Part shown: positions 52,848 to 64,000 of the stretch, piece by piece
How positions within the stretch are numbered: the stretch's first letter is position 1
Layout: every line of letters starts with the position of its first letter
Source: Octopus sinensis
Lineage: Eukaryota
Reading direction: 5' to 3'
DNA length: 64,000 bases
Assembly (NCBI RefSeq): GCF_006345805.1
Contig: NC_043005.1
Coordinates: 68,634,001-68,698,000, forward strand
The notes under the pieces: model-generated
Told to the model about the DNA's origin: nothing
What the model saw: the letters and a program-made list of their open reading frames with translations, nothing else
Database searches by the model: none
Made by a program: the position numbers and the translations under genes

Positions 52848-55460
52848 TATGTTTGAATTTTGCTTTATGTTTGTACAAGTTGGCTTTAAGTCTCACCCAG
52901 AGACCTCAAGAGACAACAGGTTGGAAGTTCACGTTGTTGTTATGCCTAGTGTGCCATATATTTGGGTTTTTTGGTGTTGTACTAGTGAATGTCTAATAAA
53001 TAAATTTAAAAAAAATGTTTTTATCCTTGAGATTACAAAGAGAGTATTTTGCGTAGGATATGAGCTGTTCCCATGAGCACTATCTTTTGAATTTCTGCCA
53101 TTTTGGGGTTTCCTGGTATCTGAGTTAGGTAGCAATCAGCCCCTTTCGCTCTCATTCCCAGGGCACCTATGACAACAGGTATTGTTTTAGTTTTCAGGTT
53201 CCACATTTTGCTGATTTCTATTTCAAGATCTTTATATTTGCTCAGTTTTTGGTAGGTCTTGACAGATACGTTTATATCGATTGGGACAGTCATATCACTG
53301 AGGAGGCATGTTCTTTGTCTGAAGTCTTTCAATATGATGTCTGGCCTATTTGCATCTATCTTTCTGTCAGCTTGAATGATGAAGTTCCAGAGGAGTAAGA
53401 TGTGGTCATTTTCAAGCACTGGAGGTGGATTGTGTTCCCACCAGTTTTTTTCATGGGGCAAATCTAGGTTTTTGCAAATTACCCAGTGAATATATTGTGC
53501 AGCTCTATCATGCCTGTTGAGGTACTCTGTAGGCGCTAGAAGACTGCACTTGGAGACAACATGATCAATTGTTTCATTTTGTTGTCGACATACATGACAT
53601 GTCGGGCTACTGCCATTCTTTAATATGTTGGCCTGGTAGTTTCTTGTTGGTAGGCATTGATCTTGAGCTGCTATGATAAACCCTTCTGTTTCAGATTTTA
53701 AGCCAGAGGCCATTAGCCATTGATGGGTCAGGGCTTTGTCAATATCTGCATTATTCGCTCTCTTTAGGTATTTGCCATAGAGAGGTTTTTCTTGCCATTT
53801 ATTATTCAGAGTATCTAAGGCCGCAGTTTTGGCACGGGTTTTCATGCGCTTAGTTTTTTCTGTGCTTTTTTCTTGTATGACTATCTCTAATTCCGAAATT
53901 GGTTGTATTCGGAATTCACTTAGATATTCTTTTGCCTGTTTTGTTACTGAGTATGATGCTTTCTTGTTTTCATGTTTTGAGACAAGTTTTAATATGCAGT
54001 CTTCAGAATTTTTCAGGTAGGTGTCTAGGCCAATTGTAGCAAACTTCATTGTTATTGCCAGTTGTGAAAGACCACGGCCTCCCTCTTTTCTTGGCAGATA
54101 AAGTCGTTCTGTATCTGCCTTAGGGTGGTGCATTCTATGCATTGTCAACAGTTTTCGTATTTTTCTGTCAAGCTGACATATTTCAGTAATTGACCAGTTA
54201 ACGATATTGAAACTGTAAATCACGACTGGTATGGCTAATGTATTGATCGCTTCGATCCTGTTTCTTGCATTCAGCTCTGTTTCGAGCATTGCTCTCACTC
54301 TTCGATAACATTCTCTCCTTATCCTTTCCTTCATCTCTGAATGCCTGATTCCGTCCCCTTCAATTACACCTAGGTACATGTAGCTCTCCGCTGGGTCTAG
54401 TTCTTTTATGACATTCTGCTGGTCAATGTTAACGTTAGATGTTTCTGTCATGTTTCCTTTGATAAAGGTAGCTTTTGCACATTTATTGAGGCCGAATTGC
54501 ATTCTGATGTCGTCACTGAATTGTTTGACTATCGCTAGTAAGCCCTTGAGTTGTTGGTCATTTTTTGCAAAAAGCGTTAAATCATCCATGTAAATGAGAT
54601 GATTTATATTTTTATCAAACATTTTATACCCGTACTGCGCGTCATTGAGCAATTTTGAGAGAGGTATTAAGGCTAAACAAAAGAGGAGTGGTGACAGTGA
54701 GTCACCCGGGAAAATTCCACATGAAATTCTTACATCATCAGCATTTAGGGATTCATTGTCACTGTTCAAAGTTTGTGTGGTTCTCCATGATCTCATACTT
54801 ACAGTCAAAAGGTTTTGCAGAGTAGGTGCTATCTAATACATTTCCAGGCATTTCTTAATCCAGCTATGTGGTAGGCTATCAAAAGCCTTTTTATAGTCTA
54901 TCCAGGCTATTGATAAGTTTTTGTGTCGTTTGTGACAATCTTCTAAGATCATCTTATTGATGAGTAGTTGATCTTTACAACCGTAGGATCCACGTTTACA
55001 TCCTTTCTGTTCATTAGGGAATATGCTGCTGTCTGTTAAAAAAACCTATAAGTATATTCCGTCAGGATAGATGTTAGCGTTTTATACATAGGTATTAAGC
55101 AGATAATGGGTCTATAGTTTTTTGGTTCATTTGTTTCTTCACTTTTTGGAAGCAGGAATGTTAACCTATTAACTAGCCAAGGAGGCATCCTACTAGGGTG
55201 TTGCAAAACATCATTGTACAGTTCTGTTAGCAGTTCATGGCTCTCTGGGAAGGCATTCAGCCAGAAGTTAGGAATTTTATCCTTTCCTGGAGACTTCCAT
55301 TTGCTTGACCTCCTGAGAGCAGATCTTATATTTTCTACCTTGACACCCTCCCACTTTTGCTCGTCTAAGGAGTTCAGTTCTGTAGATATTCTGTCAATCC
55401 AGGAGGCATTTTCTTCTGCCCATTTTATTCCAAAATCCCTGCACTTCTTCTTTTGAAGGT
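52847..55460 (-). mobile_element. 5'-truncated R4/Dong-clade non-LTR retrotransposon (RT + RLE) with an (AAT)n 3' tail
   Basis: [58 protein letters not shown]-x2-C-x8-H-x4-C, RHD, RPDII, KLSKY. One TAG at 54833-35 and a frameshift in the A7 run at ~55038-44. Confidence 0.92.
53033..54808 (-). CDS. Uninterrupted 591-codon part of the LINE ORF (RT C-terminal half, zinc knuckle, restriction-like endonuclease)
   Basis: ORF track; motifs as above. It is a fragment of a larger disrupted ORF, not a native start. Confidence 0.85.
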   Translation of the reverse strand: MTVSMRSWRTTQTLNSDNESLNADDVRISCGIFPGDSLSPLLFCLALIPLSKLLNDAQYGYKMFDKNINHLIYMDDLTLFAKNDQQLKGLLAIVKQFSDDIRMQFGLNKCAKATFIKGNMTETSNVNIDQQNVIKELDPAESYMYLGVIEGDGIRHSEMKERIRRECYRRVRAMLETELNARNRIEAINTLAIPVVIYSFNIVNWSITEICQLDRKIRKLLTMHRMHHPKADTERLYLPRKEGGRGLSQLAITMKFATIGLDTYLKNSEDCILKLVSKHENKKASYSVTKQAKEYLSEFRIQPISELEIVIQEKSTEKTKRMKTRAKTAALDTLNNKWQEKPLYGKYLKRANNADIDKALTHQWLMASGLKSETEGFIIAAQDQCLPTRNYQANILKNGSSPTCHVCRQQNETIDHVVSKCSLLAPTEYLNRHDRAAQYIHWVICKNLDLPHEKNWWEHNPPPVLENDHILLLWNFIIQADRKIDANRPDIILKDFRQRTCLLSDMTVPIDINVSVKTYQKLSKYKDLEIEISKMWNLKTKTIPVVIGALGMRAKGADCYLTQIPGNPKMAEIQKIVLMGTAHILRKILSL

Positions 55461-55534
55461 ACAGACCTTACAGTAACTGCTGTTTTTCCTATCTTCATGT
55501 AAAAAAATTAATTATTATTGTTATTATTATTATT

Positions 55535-55708
55535 GAGTGAGAGAGCAGTGCATGCCATCAAAGTGACACTGGGGTAAAATATACGAAATCCAATATACCC
55601 ATCATGACTACCCGTCTGATAAAGGTACACCAGGCACATGCATCACAACCATATGTGCGCGGCATGGTGATCTCATATCAAGATAAACAGCACATGACCT
55701 TGCAGGTG
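55535..55708 (-). mobile_element. AAT-tailed retroelement 3' fragment (family unknown)
   Basis: Flanked by (ATT)n; shares its ~95-bp 3' end (..gatgggtatattgg.tttcgtatattttacc..cactcaataataat) with 56609-56880. Confidence 0.7.
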
Positions 55709-55740
55709 ATTATTATTATTATTATTATTATTATTATTTT

Positions 55741-56100
55741 ATGTTTTGCTTTAGATTTGCTTTACATTTGTACAAGTTGGCTCCAGGTCTCACCCAGAGA
55801 CCTCATGAGACAAGTTAGAAGTTCATGTTGGTGTTATGCTTAGGTTGCTATATATTTGGGTTTGTACATAGTGTTGTTCTAGAGAATATTCCAGAAACTA
55901 TAAGAAAAATTTGTGTTCGTTCTAAAATTTGAGATTACATACAAACTATTTTGCGTGGGATGTGCAATTTCCATGATTACTGCCCTTTGAATTTCTGCCA
56001 TTTTGGGAGTCTCCTGGTATCTGAGCAAGGTAAGAATCAGCCCCTTCTGCTATCATTCCCAGGGCACCTAAGACAACAGGTATTGTTTTAGTCTTCAGGT
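55741..56100 (-). mobile_element. 3' end of a second, related Dong-like LINE subfamily
   Basis: Encodes LKTKTIPVVLGALGMIAEGADSYL.QIPGDSQNGRNSK-like C-terminus and a 3' UTR homologous to 52847-53200; (ATT)n on both sides. Confidence 0.85.
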
Positions 56101-56350
56101 CGTTATTATTACTATTATTATTATCATTATTATTATTACTATTATTTTTATTATTATCAATAATAATAATAATAATCCATGAATTTATTTATTTATTAAT
56201 TTTTAAATACATATTTTATCTGTGAATTTGTGCGTGTAATCTGGGAATGCATGCAATGCCCTTTTCTGCCCTAGGTGTATGGATAACACTCGGCGAGAAA
56301 CGGAAGACAGTTGGAAGAAAGAAGGAAAAAACATAATAATAATAATAATA

Positions 56351-56488
56351 AGTTCAAATTCCGCCGAGCTTGACTTTGCCTTTCATCCTTTCCGGGTTGA
56401 TGAAACAAGTATCAGTCAAGTGCCTGGATCGATGTAAGTGACTAGTCCCCTCCTCCAGATTACAGGCATTGTGCATATAGTACAAAGG

Positions 56489-56521
<33 letters not shown>

Positions 56522-56592
56522 ATTGTTCTTCTTGTTCTTCTTGTTCTTCTTCTTGTTCTTCTTCTTGTTCTTCTTCTTCTTCTTCTTCTTCG
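56351..56592 (+). mobile_element. 5'-truncated SINE family B with a (GTT)n(CTT)n tail
   Basis: agttcaaattccgccgagcttgactttgcctttcatcc...caaaggattgttgttg. Confidence 0.85.
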
Positions 56593-56608
56593 TCTTCTCA
56601 TTATTATT

Positions 56609-56880
56609 GAGTGACAGAGCAATGCTTGCCACCAAAATGACTCTGGGTAAAATATACGAAACCCAATATACCCATCATAACTACACGTCTGATAAGGGAA
56701 CACCAAATGGTCCCCCAATAAGGTTTGTTTCAGGATGTTGAGCGAGATACCCATGTTTCCAGAGGCGAGTTATCCAAACGCCAAGGCATTCCTCTCAATG
56801 CATTGTTATGATGCTCTCCTACTTCTCCTGCTCGTGATCGGAGATGCACATATCGTCAGCCACTAAGGGACATGCTCAAC
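56609..56880 (-). mobile_element. AAT-tailed retroelement 3' fragment
   Basis: Shares its 3' end with 55535-55708 but has a different upstream part. Confidence 0.7.
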
Positions 56881-57016
56881 TTTTTATGGTCAAACAACTA
56901 ACAAGGTCAAACAACTGATAATATTATTATTATCATTATTGACAGCTAGAATAATATCAGGCGCTCGCAACCCTCTACCAGTGAGGAAATAAGATCGGTG
57001 GATGATCTGTTTTAGA

Positions 57017-57615
57017 AATATATAGAGGGTTAGTTGCGGGGAAGTGCGACGACGGTCATGGGGTAACTCTGGGCGTCGACAAGAACGAACTGTTCCAGAG
57101 GACATTCCGTTCGGAAACTTCTATGGATACTTTCTAGATGTCCTTGGCCTGGCAGTGCTACCGGTTCGGGATAAAAACTACAGGTACGAATATGGTGTCA
57201 GACGGATTTGTCCGCGGTGCGCGCTGAATGAAGAAACCGTTCTGCACGCACTCGTTCAGTGTCCAGGCATTTGCAGACTTGCGGAATTATGTTGAACAGC
57301 TGCTGTCACGTGTGGGGCGGTTCCGTCTGTCGACCGAATCTGTAGTAATGATTGCACCGCTGCCTTCCTTCAATCGGGCTGGCAAGGCAGTTTTCTTTTG
57401 CCTGGTGGCTATGGAGAAAGAGGTTGCTTAGTGGACAAGGCTGAAAGGCATAAGAACAGATGCATTGGTCTTTGGTAGAGCTCTCAGTGAAGTCTTCAAG
57501 TTTCACTTGAAAAGGAAATTGACAGTGGAGAGTGAAGTGCTGTCCTCGAGTGAGTTTATTGTAAAGTGGGAGAAAGTTGCGAAAATGGCAAGATTGGATG
57601 GTGCCCATATCTTGA
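57017..57615 (+). mobile_element. L1/Tx1-like LINE ORF2 C-terminal fragment
   Basis: LAWQCYR / LPVRDK...CPRCALNEETVLHALVQCP (zf-RVT-type C-x2-C-x8-H-x4-C), then FKFHLKRKLTVE..LS..EF..KW; frameshifted. Confidence 0.75.
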
Positions 57616-57977
57616 CTGTGAAATTGCATCGAAGAAACTTTTGTGATTATCTACCGAATGGATTTCAACTGTTTAGTCTTCTTAGATTGTGTCATGTTGA
57701 TTTAAACTTCAAATTACATGAAAAACAATGACACAGACACTTATTCAATTACATTGGTATTCCAAATAGATCTAATTACCAGAGCTTCATTAAAATCATA
57801 CATAGTTCAGATTCTATATCATGGCATACATTCATGCATACATACATACATACACAAACATACATACACACATACATAAAACACAAACACATATGCTTAT
57901 ATACATTCATAGATGCACATATAAGATTGAAAATGTTAAGTATTTCTTTTATGTATAAGCATACATACATACACACA

Positions 57978-58053
<76 letters not shown>

Positions 58054-59009
58054 AAGACACACATATACATTTACACTCACACAAATACAGAGGAAAACAC
58101 ACACACGTCTACACATACATATACATATAATTTCATTGTTCCAATAATACATGATTGTTATACATATTATAGAAGTGATAAAAAGAAGTCTGGCGAAAAC
58201 AAATATAGTCCTTTGCGTGTTTCTTTTCTTTCATAATCTGTCTACCATATGCAGAATTTCATGATCTGAAACTTGAAAGAACAGAAAACCATAGCGAGAT
58301 TCCTTACCATTTCACAAAATAATGGAGATTTTAATGAATTTAAAAATAGATTTTACAAATTTAATTCTTATATCTAAGGGATAAAACCGATCTTTAGTAA
58401 AAAGGACGGAGATGGCGATTAATATTTCTCTGCATCTTTGGATATTTCTGGGAATTGCTATGAGAATGAACCCGCTCTGTATTGGCATAAATTTGACAAA
58501 TTGGCGTAGTTGAATCAAATTTTTCTATCCATCTTTCATGAATAATATGAAAGGAAATTGATCTTGGAGAATTTATTCAAACGGTACATTCAACAACTGA
58601 ATCTCATGATAAAGTCAATGCTTGGAGCTTTTGAAAATATTGAAAGGGAAGCAGAATAAAATCTTACTTCGTAGTTTACTGCAGTTAGAGTATACTGGTA
58701 TTGGGCAAGCATCCAACAGGATACTTTGTTAACCCCGTATTGCAGCCTTAAGCAGCTCTCTTTCTAGTTCACAAAACTTACAATCGATGAAGCCAAATAT
58801 ATTTGCTGTTTAATTTCTCGATTAAAGAGATTTATTAGCACGTAAAAGTAAGATAAAATTTAAATTGATTATAGGTCGAATATTTGCAACATATCTAACC
58901 TCCATTAATAATTTAGGTAAATCGAATAACCTCATAGATACTTACACATATATAAATACATACTTATATGCATACATACATGCATACATATACATACACA
59001 CACACACAT

Positions 59010-59040
<31 letters not shown>

Positions 59041-59045
59041 CATAC

Positions 59046-59212
59046 AGTTTTATATTTAAGAGATAAGGAACTATGTACATTATTTACATTATTTATATTT
59101 GACAGTTATATGTCCTCATTTTGTTTCAGCTGATAAACGATCCAGCCTTCATCAGGTGTCTTGTGGAAATTTCGAACCTGGGTTCTGCTTCCTAAGATAT
59201 ATTACGATGTTG

Positions 59213-59246
<34 letters not shown>

Positions 59247-60362
59247 CATCATCATCATGATTATTATTATTATTATATTATTATTATTATTATTATTATT
59301 ATCATCATCATCATGATTATTATTATTATTATTATTATTGTTATTATTATTATTCAGGTCACTGCCTGGAATTGAACTCGGAATCTTAGGTTTAGTAGCC
59401 CGCGCTCTTAACCACTATGTTATAAAGCCGTCCATACAGTTCATAATGGAAAAGGAAAGAGACTATCAGCTGGCATTCCTGGACTTATTAATAACAGGCA
59501 CCGTATACAGCAAGCCGACCTTCACTAGACGATACCTTAACTTCAATTCTCACCATCCATACAGTGTAAAGAGAGGGATTGCTCAGTGCCTAAAACATCG
59601 AGCAAAGAATATAGCCAGCGATCTTGATACCCACCACGATGCAATGATCAAGCTCAGTATCAATCTATTAAGCATCAACTCCCGCCAAAACATACTATCT
59701 ACTCCAATCATGAAGAAAAGAGAGGGTGAAATCAAGAAACTGTCTACAGTCTGTCTACCCTGTGTGAAAGGCCTCTCCGAAAAGATACAAAAGATATGCG
59801 GCCTATATGACATCAGAACAGTAGTCAAGAGTAATACAACACTTCGCAAATATCTCCTTCGAGTAAACCCACAAATAGAAGAGAATATGACTAAGAACAA
59901 AGGTGAAACATGACGCCCCTTCCAAATAAGAGTCGAGGAACATCGCAAAACACGAGGAGATAATGATTAATCGGGTATAGCTGATCAAGTGTGGAAAAAT
60001 AGAGACAACCTCCCCCTGTGGGATGAACTTTAAATAATAGACAGAGAACACCACTAGAAAATACGAAAACTAAAAGAAGCAGTACATATGCTAGGACACA
60101 ACCTCCCAAGTAGGCCGAGCGCAGATATGAGCAGCATATGGGAACCGGTATTAAGGAAGGATAGAAAAAATATTAGATTTATAAGCCCTAAAAATTCACT
60201 ACATAATTGTCCACGGGCATATGGCGTAGTGGTTAAGAGCGCGGGCTACTAAACCCCAAGATTCCAGGTTCGAAATTTTCCCAAGATGGCTGTATTATCA
60301 GCCGAAGTGTTGTGTTAACAACAAAGAAGAGGACAAATATACGTCAAATGTAAATAATGTAT
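59046..60362 (+). mobile_element. 5'-truncated Penelope-like element: inverted left terminal repeat, RT thumb plus GIY-YIG remnant, direct right terminal repeat
   Basis: ORF FIMEKERDYQLAFLDLLIT..VYSKPTFTRRYLNFNSHHP.SVKRG..LPCVKGLSEKI, then KGET*RPFQIRVEEH..IADQVW..RKLKEAVHM. The repeats at 59046-59418 (-) and 60215-60362 (+) are homologous. Confidence 0.88.
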
Positions 60363-60364
60363 AT

Positions 60365-60404
<40 letters not shown>

Positions 60405-60881
60405 TATATAATATATATACAAATATAAACTATATATATATATATATACTTACGTATACATATATAATGACTAAAAATATAACAGAGCAGGGTTTCATAA
60501 GCATCACCTTCACATTATGATAGAAAGAGCAGTCTTACATTTTCGCACATTAGTTCCTGTAATACTGCATTCGATCCCACTGGTGCCATTTTCTATACTC
60601 TCGTCCCGATACACAAATTTTGAGAAAAATTCACACCATGTACTCATAAGAGTAATAGAAGTGATAGAGAGAGAAAGTGATAGAGACAGAGAGAGATAGC
60701 GAGAAATGGGGAGATGGTTGAGGGATAGAGAAATATAGATGGTCAGGTAAAGTGTAAAAAGATAATGACTGGATGGGAATATTGTTCTATGACAAGTTAA
60801 GAAGGGCTTATAGCTTTTGTATGCGTATCGAAATATGCAAGCATAGTGGTCCAGTTGGTTAGTTGATACAAGCTGTGTTGA

Positions 60882-60885
<4 letters not shown>

Positions 60886-60922
<37 letters not shown>

Positions 60923-63900
60923 ACGTTTGTATGTGTAAAGAAGTGTTACGTATGCGTCGTTGTAAATAGTGAGTGGCCGAGAGCGAGTGCTAATGTGAAT
61001 AATATAAATTTGTTGCAAATGGGAAGTCAATAGGGATGTTGAATGCATGATAAATGTGTATGGAAGGGTATGTGTTTGCAATATGTAAACACGGAAGAAT
61101 GTTTTAAATTAAAATTTAAATTAAAATAAGTAAAGGAAAGACAAGTTGAGATCACCATGCAGAGAAAAAAAGTAGAGATCTATTTCCATGAAGAAAATTC
61201 AAAGAAAAATAAAATTAAAATTGCAAACTATTGGTAAAACGCCGGAGAATTTCGCTAGAGTCTACGAAGGTTGGTGAAGATCTGGGAAAAATGCAGAGAA
61301 GAGACAGTAAGGTGGGAGGAACTCTGTCCTTCTCACGGAGAAGTGTTGTCTTGAAAAGATTGAGTGCTAGAATAAATACATGTTGTGTGTAAAATAATTT
61401 TTGGATACACATTATGAAAAATATGGCTGAGTAAATAGAATATATATTTTTTGAAAGAAGAACTCAGAGTAGATGATGTAAGTAGTAGATGGCTTAATGT
61501 GTGCGAGTTGTTAGCAGCCTAAAATGTCTGTAGTGATAAAAACGAGGTAAAAAATGGAGACGGAAGTAATGTAAATAGCTGTTAACAAATTATGATTAGA
61601 TAAGTGAAGCAGCATCTGGGTGTGCACATTTATATATAAGTGGTAAGTATGCGATTGAGTGTGTATTAAGGTACTGGTATATGTGTACATGCGTGTGGGC
61701 TTTTATAAGCGCAAAATGGAAGTGCATATAATGATGCTAGTATATGCGTATGTGCCATTTGGAAGTGTAAACGGTGTAGATATATGCTACCTGCGGCTCA
61801 GTGAATATAAATTATAAACAGCATCGATGAAAATGACTGTGTATAGTTCTGTGAAGTGTACATATGTATATATGGGTCTGATATATATGCAGGTATACGT
61901 GCGTCTGCATAATGGTATGGTTGGTCATAAATGTCTCAATATAAAATTTAATTGAATTGCGGTAGGAATTTAAGACCGAAAGCAGTGCATGTTTAAAGGC
62001 GGAATTAAGTGTGCATATGTAAACGAAATAATTCATTTGCTTAAACAATTGAATATATCATTGAAACAGACGTAGGTGCACACAGGCACATATACGTACG
62101 TGCGCGCACACACAATCAGACACACGTACGCACTCATATATTTTTGTGTGTGTTTCTTTATATGCATATATATGAATTTCTGAGCCGTATTCGATTATGA
62201 GTATTTGGTTGTTCACTCAACTGAATTTCGTTGTTATTAAGAGGGTCCACAGACGGGTGCAAATTAACATAGTGATGAGACAAATCATCGTCATACAGAG
62301 ATTAGTAAGTCCATGCTTTTTGAATTACCTGCACAATCAGTGTATTTTTACGCAGTGTACTTGGTGTGAATTTTTCTCAAAATGTGTGCATCGGGAGGAG
62401 AGTATAGAAAACGACACTTGTGCAAAGCAGCAGCCAGTGGGAACGAACGTAGTATTACAAGAACTTTGTAACTATTCGGGTGTGCTACATTAGTATGCAT
62501 GTGTGTATATGTATGCGCGCATTTATGTATGTATTCATATATTTGTAAGCATGTTTATATACATGTGTATAAGCGTGCTTCTGTGCGTATGTGCTTATAT
62601 ACATGAATGTGTGTGTGTGTGTGTGTGTGTGTTGTGTGTGTGTGTGTGTGTGTGCGCACGTTTGTATGTGTAAAGAAGTGTTACGTATGCGTCGTTGTAA
62701 ATAGTGAGTGGCCGAGAGCGAGTGCTAATGTGAATAATATAAATTTGTTGCAAATGGGAAGTCAATAGGGATGTTGAATGCATGATAAATGTGTATGGAA
62801 GGGTATGTGTTTGCAATATGTAAACACGGAAGAATGTTTTAAATTAAAATTTAAATTAAAATAAGTAAAGGAAAGACAAGTTGAGATCACCATGCAGAGA
62901 AAAAAAGTAGAGATCTATTTCCATGAAGAAAATTCAAAGAAAAATAAAATTAAAATTGCAAACTATTGGTAAAACGCCGGAGAATTTCGCTAGAGTCTAC
63001 GAAGGTTGGTGAAGATCTGGGAAAAATGCAGAGAAGAGACAGTAAGGTGGGAGGAACTCTGTCCTTCTCACGGAGAAGTGTTGTCTTGAAAAGATTGAGT
63101 GCTAGAATAAATACATGTTGTGTGTAAAATAATTTTTGGATACACATTATGAAAAATATGGCTGAGTAAATAGAATATATATTTTTTGAAAGAAGAACTC
63201 AGAGTAGATGATGTAAGTAGTAGATGGCTTAATGTGTGCGAGTTGTTAGCAGCCTAAAATGTCTGTAGTGATAAAAACGAGGTAAAAAATGGAGACGGAA
63301 GTAATGTAAATAGCTGTTAACAAATTATGATTAGATAAGTGAAGCAGCATCTGGGTGTGCACATTTATATATAAGTGGTAAGTATGCGATTGAGTGTGTA
63401 TTAAGGTACTGGTATATGTGTACATGCGTGTGGGCTTTTATAAGCGCAAAATGGAAGTGCATATAATGATGCTAGTATATGCGTATGTGCCATTTGGAAG
63501 TGTAAACGGTGTAGATATATGCTACCTGCGGCTCAGTGAATATAAATTATAAACAGCATCGATGAAAATGACTGTGTATAGTTCTGTGAAGTGTACATAT
63601 GTATATATGGGTCTGATATATATGCAGGTATACGTGCGTCTGCATAATGGTATGGTTGGTCATAAATGTCTCAATATAAAATTTAATTGAATTGCGGTAG
63701 GAATTTAAGACCGAAAGCAGTGCATGTTTAAAGGCGGAATTAAGTGTGCATATGTAAACGAAATAATTCATTTGCTTAAACAATTGAATATATCATTGAA
63801 ACAGACGTAGGTGCACACAGGCACATATACGTACGTGCGCGCACACACAATCAGACACACGTACGCACTCATATATTTTTGTGTGTGTTTCTTTATATGC

Positions 63901-64000
63901 ATATATATGAATTTCTGAGCCGTATTCGATTATGAGTATTTGGTTGTTCACTCAACTGAATTTCGTTGTTATTAAGAGGGTCCACAGACGGGTGCAAATT
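60886..64000. repeat. Tandem duplication with a 1735-bp unit; second copy runs off the window
   Basis: Constant offset of 1735 (60921/62656, 61215/62950, 61812/63547, 62265/64000). Unit junctions fall in (TG)n tracts. No differences seen by eye outside these tracts. Confidence 0.95.

Noticed and set aside
54408-55456. Plus-strand ORFs overlapping the LINE and the Chapaev element (also 8430-8825)
   Set aside because: Antisense shadows of transposon coding sequence.
61080-61620. LINE endonuclease-like LHGDLN motif on the minus strand within the duplicated unit
   Set aside because: A single short motif with no supporting context.

Overview
Eukaryotic, AT-rich, microsatellite-saturated DNA, most likely from an octopus (coleoid cephalopod) genome. 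The organism call is an inference from the repeat landscape, not a database match. I see no complete protein-coding gene, rRNA, genuine tRNA or CRISPR array, and most short ORFs in the track are microsatellite artefacts. The window is dominated by mobile elements. These include several tRNA-derived SINE families with swapped modules, a young R4/Dong-clade (RLE) LINE nested with other AAT-tailed elements in (ATT)n tracts, and a Tx1-like LINE 3' fragment. There are also Chapaev3-like and mariner transposase relics, MITEs and several Penelope-like element (PLE) relics. The most interesting signals are four. First, minimal type-I hammerhead ribozyme motifs in PLE terminal repeats, best at 27845-27887 (+) and 34450-34495 (-). 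Second, a PLE whose terminal repeat starts with a tRNA-like Pol III head upstream of the hammerhead. Third, many fold-back hairpins. Fourth, an apparently identical 1735-bp tandem duplication at the right end. A few splice-bounded open frames may be exons of unidentified host genes (low to moderate confidence). Repeat boundaries were read by eye and are approximate unless exact arms are given.
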